The notes beneath the pieces are model-generated. The model was not told the origin of the DNA. It was given only the letters and a program-made list of their open reading frames with translations, and made no database searches. A stretch of 64,000 nucleotides of DNA from Chitinophagales bacterium (lineage in GTDB: Bacteria > Bacteroidota > Bacteroidia > Chitinophagales > Chitinophagaceae). The stretch is taken from contig JBBRCW010000001.1 in assembly GCA_038204535.1 (NCBI GenBank), forward strand, positions 14,619 to 78,618. The letters run 5' to 3'. Positions 42,401 through 50,600 of the stretch are shown piece after piece. The position numbers and the translations under genes are program-made. The first letter of the stretch is position 1. Each line of letters opens with the position of its first letter.

Positions 42401-44636
42401 AATACAGCAAGGACAGGTTAATAGTTTACCATGGCAATTCACGCCATTATCAAAAATTCAAAGCTGGACAGAGGTAAAAGGCGGTATGTTCGACAGCCTT
42501 TTGGTTTTTGAAAACTATCCCATTAATAAATTGCTCACCGATCGTCAGTGGGGGCTAAAAGCTACGAACATAAAGGTAGAAGAGCAGACCAATTACCCGC
42601 TGAACCTGGTTGTGCAAAGCGCACAGCAGATACACATCACCTTTAATTATAACTGCGATTTGCTGGCTTCTAACTACGCAGCAGCCATAAGAGACCATTT
42701 TGCGCAAGTGTTGGATGAGGTAATTAAAGGAGCGGAAAAGCTATCGCAGTTAAACTTAATGAGCGAAAAAGCCCGGCTTCAGCTAATAAATACCGGCCTT
42801 GGCCCCAAATTCGACTATCCCCAAAATAAAACCCTTAGCCAGCTTTTTGAAGAGCAGGTACAAAAGTCGCCTGACAATATTGCCCTGGTGTATGAAGAAC
42901 GTCACTTGACCTATCAACAACTAAACGAACGTGCCAACCAGGTGGCGCATTTTCTTAGAAGCAAGGGTGTAACGGCCGAAATGCTGGTGCCTGTTTGTTT
43001 AGAAAGAAGTGTTGAAGTGATCGTGGCCATGCTGGCCATAGTGAAAGCAGGTGGTGCTTACGTGCCGATCGATCCATCGTACCCGCAGGAACGAATACGG
43101 TTTATGATTAAGGATACCGGGGCCAAAATGGTTATTAGCAGCAGCGAATTAGAAGGCAAACTAACTTTTGATACGGAAGGTGGATTAAATAATTCAGCGT
43201 TACCAGACATAATTTGCCTCGATAAGGCTGAACAGGAAATCAACCGGCATCCAGTTGAGAATATTCAGCCCGTTTCGGGCAGCAATAACCTGGTGTATGT
43301 AATCTATACTTCGGGTTCTACCGGAAAACCCAAAGGTGTTATGGTGGAACATCGTAATTTGATGAATTTGATTTTCTGGCATATATCGCATTACGAATTG
43401 AATGCATCGGCCAAAGCCACCTGCCTGGCAGGAATTGGTTTTGACGCGTTTGGCTGGGAAGTTTGGCCGTACCTGGCAGCAGGGGCATCGGTCTTTCTAA
43501 TTTCAAATGAAACGAGGAGTTCCTATCTGCAGCTCACAAATTATCTTTTGGAGCACGATATCACCCATAGCTTTATTCCAACTGCGATTGTACCCGATGT
43601 AATTAGTTACGCGAAAAACATATTAATAAATTTGAGGTTTTTATTAACCGGAGGCGACAAACTTTCGTCATTAGATATAGACGGTTTAAATTTTAAGGTA
43701 TTCAATAACTATGGGCCAACAGAAAATACGGTAGTGGCAACCAGTTATTGCTTATCCATGCACGATAAAATTTTGAATCCTGCTATTGGTAAACCTGTAG
43801 CAAATGCCAGTGTTTATATTGTGGATAAAGATAAAAAACTGGTTGTAGAAGGGGCTTTAGGCGAAATTTGGATCGGGGGTGATAGTTTGGCGAGGGGATA
43901 TTGGAACCAGCCGGATATAACACTTCAAAAGTTTAAGCCGGATCCTTTTTCGAATCTGCCAGGTGCCAGGATCTATAAAACCGGCGATCTTGGCAAATGG
44001 TTACCAGGCGGAAAAATTGAATTTGCCGGAAGAATTGATAACCAGATTAAATTAAGAGGTTTTAGGATTGAATTGGGCGAAATTGAAAATGTAATAATGC
44101 AAAGTGGCCTTGTTCGGCAGGTAGTTGTGATATTAAAGGAAAATGATTTATTAAATAAGAATCTGGTAGCTTATGCGGTTTTTTCGCATAAAGGCACGCG
44201 GGATCAAATAATGCGGTATTTGCAGAATCAATTACCTGCTTATATGGTGCCGGCAGCCATGATCGGTCTTCATGAGTTACCTTTAACCGCTAATGGTAAG
44301 ATTGATAGCAAGGCTTTGAGGTTGAGAAATGATGAATCTGAAAAAAGTGTATATGTTGGGCCGGAAAACGAAACAGAAGAAAAATTGGTTGAAATTTGGG
44401 AAAAACTTTTAAATGTTAATAAAGTTGGGATCTATGATAATTTTTTCGATTTGGGAGGAAATTCTATAATGATCATGAGAATGGTTGCATCCATTGAAAA
44501 AGAGTTGTCATTAACTATTCCAATGAAGGTCATTTTTCAATCAAAATGTATAAAAGATTTAAGTAAATATTTTGAAATTCAGTCTGGTCAAAAGTGGGTA
44601 GAAAATTCGGAAGCTTTTGAGGTGATTGATGTATAG
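36468..44636 (+). CDS. NRPS subunit 4 (2722 aa): docking domain-[C(DCL)-A11(Ala)-T-E]-[C(DCL)-A12(Leu)-T]
   Basis: DCL-type C starts (YRLSGLQQGMLFH; FHHLLFDGWS, YHHLVSDGWS). A11 code DLFNNALTYK, A12 code DAWFLGNVVK. Carriers GGDS (before E) and GGNS. E domain HHLAVDGVSW / EGHGRQ. Confidence 0.96.
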   Translation: MGIQEFIEHLRQNQFSLIADNDKLLLKGDKRKTPGEKGAPINPGDFIVNYIKSNKQALIEYLSDTTSDILQQKNTRNIESMYRLSGLQQGMLFHGLYDAGVKTYTNQFFCDIKNVQLDVFKKSWAVVLDRYTILRSAFFYDTFKVPVQCVFRQVEMPVEVIDVSDKNDASIDALFQEYLETDRNKGFDFKAPPLMRVTLFKKDSGTFKMLWTFHHLLFDGWSLPVIIGELLKTYEILVSGGEVNRDVDHFRDYINYLDQIDRELEKKYWVNYLKGLEYGTVMPFASAAQDRNKGAGLYKTNSVNLNVNETAGIIAFVQKNKITVNTLMQGVWASLLHQYTGNKQVVFGVIVSGRPEDLSDVEQRVGMYINTLPLKAVFDDEQTISGWLQQLQREQISSRQFQYTPLQKIKEWSGLKDELFDSLLVFENYPVSELLSSKKWAIGFDNISFKENTNFPFTILVSQSSQINISFSYNADIIGDNDAAAIRNHFTTLLQNLVLNSNQPPGSLSLLSDSERRQILHDFQGRKALFKKESLVTLFEQQVAVSLSKPAIISGDRTITYQELNERANRLGHYLQSLGAKKDSLVPVFMDRDIEMVVALLAILKCGAAYVPVDVSYPQQRVDYMIKDSGAAWVLCSTTVSDRLQHIEGVQVIEIDKEVQFNLHPISDLHLTISLHDLAYVMYTSGSTGQPKGVMIEHKSVSTFIQWCHQEFAQSDIETVYGGTSVCFDLSVFEIFFSLTAGKRLRILQNGLQAAAYLQTDQKVLLNSVPSVIESLLKEQAGFSNVTVINMAGEPVPVYVQQHLDQDRIEVRNLYGPTEDTTYSTVYRMRKGQPLYIGKPIANTNVFIVNPQMQLLPPGIAGEICIGGDGLARGYLNREDLTKEKFLPNSFYNELKERLYKTGDLGRWLPDGNIEYLGRKDDQVKIRGYRIELGEIESVLQQNESISQAAVLAIASDQGSRLLAAYVVPAAGYNKEQLGAWLGERLPQYMIPQVWVTLQSLPLTPNGKIDRRALAEIEHNQLTGYSTKYKAPQTKFEIETAAIWGELLGREQVGSEDNFFELGGDSILTIQAVSRTNRLGYHLQPKDIFEHQTIRRLGKALADRKAAAITGEQGRLEGFSGLLPIQQEFLNSEHIEPSHYNQSVLLSISQSVDKDTLQQAAELLLQHHDALRFRYFQQDGHWKQSYGDATGKLYTEDIRNAGNPSTAINEIANRYHRTLDIAKGDLVRLVLIQMQEEVNSEESLMNSEERIVNNEESLVNSEERIVNSEEGASLSNRQLTTHNSQLTTHNSPLTTTHISPLTTHHSPLTSHHKNRLLIIIHHLAVDGVSWRIMLQDLEILLHAAEKGQLLKANLLGAKTSSYRQWFTALEQYGQSKRVLNQAGFWKQVKSHQSRLPTDSTFDGVIKVKDLGHCQVTFDADKTKSLLQDIPKVYQTGMNDLLLAALARTFSQQRQTRQLLIGLEGHGRQEIAEGIDTSHTVGWFTSLYPLLLDTENCTNDDQLIKAVKEQLRAIPGKGLGYGVLKYISKEDALKGNEQYDILFNYLGQLDNVVTSSRFFSAAPESTGQGRSPEMVVKEKISLSGHVSDGRLVLNWSYSKKHFEEATIQNIAESYLGHLADILQHCQNQGRVCTPSDFGIAKEVSYTELDAFLQTEVNGRPLGTQFESLCRLSGLQQGMLFHSLYGANGTAYVQQLSCLLHNADITAFRAAWQQVVDRHSILRTAFFASSLPIPVQVVMKNVFVNVDEKDLTHLAEQEQQNSIVAFEQADRQQGFRFDEAPLMRLTLLKVKGGHQMVWTYHHLVSDGWSLPVMMQEFLQNYDQHRAGFHLAGELQMEDRYEDYIHFINNTDEEGEENYWRHYLQSADGPTLLPFISSSSDRNKTEGQYVNEHLRLDADASALVHRYARQHRLTVNTIMQGVWSFLLSRYTGNAHVTYGIVVSGRPDSLPEVENRVGLYINTLPLHAAVPADAGIAQWLNEIQQGQVNSLPWQFTPLSKIQSWTEVKGGMFDSLLVFENYPINKLLTDRQWGLKATNIKVEEQTNYPLNLVVQSAQQIHITFNYNCDLLASNYAAAIRDHFAQVLDEVIKGAEKLSQLNLMSEKARLQLINTGLGPKFDYPQNKTLSQLFEEQVQKSPDNIALVYEERHLTYQQLNERANQVAHFLRSKGVTAEMLVPVCLERSVEVIVAMLAIVKAGGAYVPIDPSYPQERIRFMIKDTGAKMVISSSELEGKLTFDTEGGLNNSALPDIICLDKAEQEINRHPVENIQPVSGSNNLVYVIYTSGSTGKPKGVMVEHRNLMNLIFWHISHYELNASAKATCLAGIGFDAFGWEVWPYLAAGASVFLISNETRSSYLQLTNYLLEHDITHSFIPTAIVPDVISYAKNILINLRFLLTGGDKLSSLDIDGLNFKVFNNYGPTENTVVATSYCLSMHDKILNPAIGKPVANASVYIVDKDKKLVVEGALGEIWIGGDSLARGYWNQPDITLQKFKPDPFSNLPGARIYKTGDLGKWLPGGKIEFAGRIDNQIKLRGFRIELGEIENVIMQSGLVRQVVVILKENDLLNKNLVAYAVFSHKGTRDQIMRYLQNQLPAYMVPAAMIGLHELPLTANGKIDSKALRLRNDESEKSVYVGPENETEEKLVEIWEKLLNVNKVGIYDNFFDLGGNSIMIMRMVASIEKELSLTIPMKVIFQSKCIKDLSKYFEIQSGQKWVENSEAFEVIDV
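40179..40406 (+). repeat. In-frame bipartite tandem-repeat insertion in E domain 3 (about 76 aa)
   Basis: Five 21-nt units (VNSEESL/MNSEERI type), a short spacer, then a long actcaca/actcacc heptamer run. Same position as in E1 and E2. Confidence 0.93.
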
Positions 44637-44662
44637 CCGGTAATGTTCAGGCAACTAAATCT

Positions 44663-47600
44663 ATGAAACAAACGTTTAACAAAATAGTTGATATTATATA
44701 TACCGCCCGAAAAGATGGCGTTGAATTTGTGTTGAATGGCGACAAATTGCAACTTAGGTATGCTGAAAAGAAAACGATCGATAAAGAGTTACTCCAGGAG
44801 ATAAAGGACAACAAACTTGAAATAATTGATTTTTTAAGAAACGATAGTTGGAAAACACGTGCGGTTAATGGCGCGCCTAAATTGATAGGAGCCTTTGATA
44901 GAAATGATGTTTCTCAAATTCCACTCTCGTTCGCCCAGGAGAGATTGTGGTTTATAGACAAATTACAGGGAAGTATCCAATACCATACAGTAGTCGCATT
45001 AAGATTAAAAGGCAATTTAAGCCGGCAGGCACTGGAGCATGCCCTGGAGCGTTTGATTGAACGACACCAGGTTTTACGCACGGTCTATTATGAGTTAGAG
45101 GGGGTTGTATATCAAAAAATTAAAGAAGCAACCGAATGGAAACTTTCGTGGGATGATGGTCTGTTCGGCAATGCGGATAACCATGTGCTTGAAAGAAAAA
45201 TAAACGAGCTGATTAGCCAGCCATTTCATCTTGATAGAGATTATATGTTTAGGGCCACGCTGCTGGCGCTTGATGACAATGAATTTTTATTGGTGGCGGT
45301 AGTTCATCACATTGCCTGCGATGCATGGTCTGCCCCGATTATTGTAAAAGAGGTAGCAGACTTTTACAGCAGGTTTACAAAAGGTGAAACTGCGCCTTTT
45401 GCCTCTTTGCGCCTGCAATTCGCCGATTATGCGGTTTGGGAAAGAGCCCATCATACAAAAGACTATCTGCAGCCAAAAATTGACTATTGGAAACAGAAGC
45501 TTGATGGTTTTTCGCCTCTTCAGCTCCCGTACGATTTTGATGCTCCGGTAGTAAGATCAGCAAAAGGCGACAGTATAAGCTATAAGATTGATGCTGAGGT
45601 GGTTGCAAAATTAAATGACATATGCAGGCAGAATGACTGTAGCCTTTATATGTTGCTGCTGGCCGCATACAATATTTTGCTTTACAGGTATAGTAACCAA
45701 ACCGATATTACGGTAGGCGCATCTGTGGCCAATAGAAACCAGGCTGAAATAGAAGAGCTGGTAGGTTTTTTTGTAAATACGGTTGTCTTCCGCAATCAAA
45801 TTGAAAGCAACAGAAGTTTCATTGATTTATTAAACCAGGTCAAAGCCACTACCATTGGGGCATACGAAAATCAGGACGTTCCGTTTGAAAAGGTGGTAGA
45901 AAATGTTTTAAAGGAAAGAGAAAGCAGCAAAGCATCATTGTTTCAGGTGATGCTTGTTTTTCTGAATACCCCGGGAGGAGACAGAAAAGCATTGGGGGAA
46001 CTTGAAATTACCGGGGAACCTGTTCGGTCATCTGTTTCAAAATTCGACTTTACCTTTTTTATTGCCGAAACGCTTCCCGGGCTCTCAATAACAGTAGAAT
46101 ACAGCACAGAATTATTTAAAGAAGCCACCATTTTTCAGTTGCTGCAACATTTTGATAAACTGCTTCAGGAAATTACCATTGATCCAAATAGGTCTGTCTC
46201 ATCGCTGCCCATGCTTACAGATAAACAGCGGCATAAACTGGTAAACGACTATGGCTTCAGCTCCGTGGCCTTACCAGCAGAAAACAACATTGTTTCGCTT
46301 TTTGAAAATGAGGTTAGAAAAAAGCCGGGTATTGCTGCGGTTAAATTTGAGGGAGAAAAAATGACCTACGGGCAATTGAACAAAAGGGTCAATCAGGTAG
46401 CGCATTATTTAAGATCTAAAGGTATTGGGCCTGATAAATATGTTCCAATTATAGCGGAACCTGGTTTGGATCTCGTGGTAGGCATTCTTGGTATTTTGAA
46501 ATCGGGCGGCGCTTATGTACCCATAGATACCGCATTACCTGCCGAACGAATTGGTTTTATAACAAAGGATACCGGCGCTTCAATTGTTCTGGTAACCCCA
46601 AAGCAAAGGCACAAAATTGAAGTGTCTGATTTTTCGTCGTTGATCGTATTACAAACCGATGAGGCTGCATTTGAAACCCAGCCTGGTACCGATCCCGAAC
46701 CAGTTATTAATAATGACCATCTGGCCTATGTTATTTATACCTCCGGATCTACCGGCACGCCAAAAGGTGTAATGATTACGCACCGGTGCTTAGTGGATTA
46801 TTTTTACGGAATTGCTGATAAGCTGCCGGTGAAGCTTTGCAATTCGTTCGCGCTTTTATCATCGGCAGCTACCGATTTGGGTAACACGGTTATTTATAGC
46901 GCATTCTTAACGGGCGGATGCCTTCATCTCTTTTCTGCTGAAACTTTAAGTGACGCCTATGCGTTGCACAGCTATTTTGATGAGCATAGTATAGATTGCA
47001 TAAAGATTGTTCCATCGCATTGGAACGCCCTGGAGATAGAGGAGAAAAAATTACTGCCAAACAATTTATTGATTTTTGGCGGCGAAGTTTTATACACCGA
47101 TTCAGTAAAGAATATTTTATCTGCCAATCCAAATCTCACTGTTGTCAACCATTATGGTCCAACTGAAACAACTATTGGAAAGTTGTTGCATGTTTTAGAT
47201 AGAAATGCTGTTTACGGAAATACAATTCCGCTGGGCAGGCCGTTTGGAAATACAAGCGTATATGTGTTGTCGAACGACATGAAACTATCGCCTGTTGGCG
47301 TGCCAGGCAAACTATTTATTGCAGGCCAAGGCTTAGCAAAAGGTTACCTGAACAATGAAGCACTTACAAATGAAAAATTTGTTTCCAATCCAATTGACGG
47401 CAATAAATATGATATTGTTTACAATACCGGCGATATTGTAAAATATTTACCCGACGGTAATATCTTATTTATCAACAGAGCCGATGACCAGGTAAAAATA
47501 AGGGGATACAGGGTAGAACCTGGAGAGGTTGAGGCCGCATTTCAATCAATAGATTCCATTAGGCAGGCTGTGGCTATAATTAAAGAGGATTCAAGCCGAA

Positions 47601-50600
47601 ACAAGAACCTGGTTGTTTTTGCAGTACCTGATAAGGCTTTTGACCATGAAGAAGTTTTAAATATTATAAAAGCGAAACTTCCTGATTACATGATTCCGGC
47701 TAAGATTGTTGAGCTGGAAAGTTTTCCATTAATGCCAAATGGAAAAGTAGATCGGCGAGCGCTTCAGTTTATTGATATTAAGTCAACTGGAAAATCAAAT
47801 AACGTAAATCCACGCAATAATACCGAAGCAAAACTTGTTGAAATTTGGATGGAGGTGTTAGAGTTGGATAACGTAGGAATCAACGATGATTTTTTTGAGC
47901 AAGGCGGACATTCGTTGCTGGCAATCAGGGTGGTTTCAGCTATTCGTAAAGCCTTTAAGGTAGAGTTGCCTATTGGCGATATTTTTGACTTTCCAACTAT
48001 CGCACTTCTTTCTGCACAGGTTGAAGCACGGAATGAAAATGAATTGTTGACAAGTATTAAGGCTATCACTCCCAGGCCGGATTATGTACCCCTTTCATTT
48101 AGCCAGGAGCGGCTTTGGTTTATTCATCAGCTTGGCGGAAGTGCTCAATATCATATTCCTGCGGTTTTTAAATTGGCAGGTTCACTGGATGTAAATGTTT
48201 TAAAAAATGCTTTTCACCAGGTAATAGAGCGGCACGAAGCACTTAGAACAGTTTTTATTACAAAGAACGATTTGCCCGGTCAATACCTTAAGAAAAGTGA
48301 AGATTGGCAATTATCAATTATAGCAAAGGAAATTGCCATTAAAAAGCAGGAGGAGATTATAGCTTCTATGGTAAATGAGCCTTTCGATCTTGAAAAAGAT
48401 TTTATGATAAGGGCTTGTGTATTAGAGCTGGATAAACCGGAATTTTTGCTGGTAATAAATCTACATCATATTGCTTCAGATGCGTGGTCATCTTCACTGT
48501 TCGTAAAGGAAATTACTGAAATATACAACGCGCAATTCGAAGGCCGGGCTCCGGTTCTCCCCATTTTGCCCGTTCAATATGCCGACTATTCCATCTGGCA
48601 AAGAGAACAGGCAAAAAGCGAAAGCTGGAAGAAGAAAATAGAATTCTGGAAAAATTACCTGCAGCAAATTGACGTTTTACAATTGCCTGCCGATTTTGTA
48701 CGGCCAATGGTGCAAAGCCTGAATGGGGCAATGTTGCCGGTTGCTGTAAATAGCGAATTGGCTCATCAAGTTCGAAAATTAAACATGCGGCCTGGTACAA
48801 CCATGTACATGACTTTGCTTGGGGCCTTCAATTTGCTTTTATATAAGTATACCAACCAGACTGATATTTGTGTTGGTACGCCAGTGGCCGGTAGACAAAT
48901 GCAGGAAATTGAAAGTCTGATAGGTTTTTTTATAAACACCGTTGTGGTGCGTACCCGTATCAACGAACAGGAAACATTTTCTGATCTTTTATATAATGTC
49001 AGGGAAAATACGCTTTCCATGACTCCCTACCACGACATTCCATTCGAAAAGGTAGTTGAAGCAACTGTCAGCGAAAGAGACATAAGCAGAAATCCAATTT
49101 TCCAGGTGGCCTTCAGTTATCAAAGTATCGGCGAAGGCGACACCGGGCACCTAAAAAATATTACACTTAAGCCTTTTAATTCAAAAGGAACGGAACATAA
49201 AACTTCCAAATTCGATATAACCTTTAATATCACTGAAAGTCAAAATAATTTATTTCTTTCTGTTGAGTACTGCACCGACCTGTTTAAGGAAGAGACCATA
49301 CAAAGAATGATAGCTAATTACATCCAGCTGTTATCGGTGGTTTGTAAGAATTCTGATATCCCTTTAAATCAAATATCGGTTATCACCCCTGCAGAACAGG
49401 ATCAACTAAACCGTTTGAATGATACTTACCGTGATATTCCTTCTGATTTAGGTTTGGTGCAATTGTTTAAACAGCGCATAGCTGCTGCACCTGAAACTAT
49501 TGCAATCGTTGATAATCATACAAAAGTTACCTATAGGCAATTAGATGAAAGGTCAAACCAGGTTGCTAATCAATTATCGACTGGCGGAATAAAAGAAGGG
49601 GCATCTATAGCGTTAATTGCCAACCGTGGTATCGACATGATTGTCGCCATTTGGGGTATTATTAAACTCGGTTGTACTTATGTTCCGTTGAATATTGACT
49701 TTCCAACAGAAAGGTTACAATTTATTGTTGAGAACGCTAATGCAGCCGCTGTTGTATGTACAGATGCCAGTCTGCTTCAAACTAAAACCATAACAGGGTG
49801 CAAGACTTTTTGTGTTGCCGGGGCCGAAACATTTGAAAGAAGTTTTGAACCGAAAGCTTATCTGCCCCAAACGCCGGTTTACATAATGTTCACAAGCGGC
49901 ACTACCGGTAAGCCAAAGGGAATAAAGGTAAGCCAACAAAATATAGTGAACCTGGCATGTCAGCAAAATGAAATCAGGGTGCGCCAAAATGATGTATTGC
50001 TGCAATGGTCTGATTACGGATTCGATGGCAGCATCTACGAAATTTTTGGCGCTCATTTAAATGGTGCCTCTTTGTGTCTATTACAGGAAGGAATGGCTGC
50101 CAATGTTGAGGCCATGGCAAAAGTAATCATTGACAACAAGGTTTCGGTATGCTTTATAACCACCGCTATTTTCAATGCAATTGCCGATACTGACCCTTTT
50201 ATATTAAAGGGCCTGCGAAAGGTGTTGTTTGGGGGAGAAGCTGTTTCTTCTTTTCACGTTCGAAAAGTGATTGGGATCATAGGTGCCGACAAAATTGTTC
50301 ACGTTTACGGGCCTACCGAAACAACGGTATATGCTACCAGCTGCCCTTTAAACCAGGTGAATGAGAATGAAATAATTCCTATTGGAAGACCGCTGAATAA
50401 TGTGAAAGCTTTTGTTTTAGATCAGAATAAAAATCCGGTTCCAATAGGTGCACCTGGCGAATTGTACATAGGTGGCAAGGGTGTATCCATGGGTTATTCT
50501 AATAATGAAGCCTTAACCGGTGAGAAGTTCTTAAGTTTATTTATCGTAAATAGTATAGAAAGACTTTATAAAACGGGAGACATTGTAAGATGGAACAGCA

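Noticed and set aside
45300-48490. HHxxxDA instead of HHxxxDG in both subunit 5 C domains, and HHLAIDAV in E4
   Set aside because: The catalytic His and Asp are intact, and Gly-to-Ala is a common tolerated variant.
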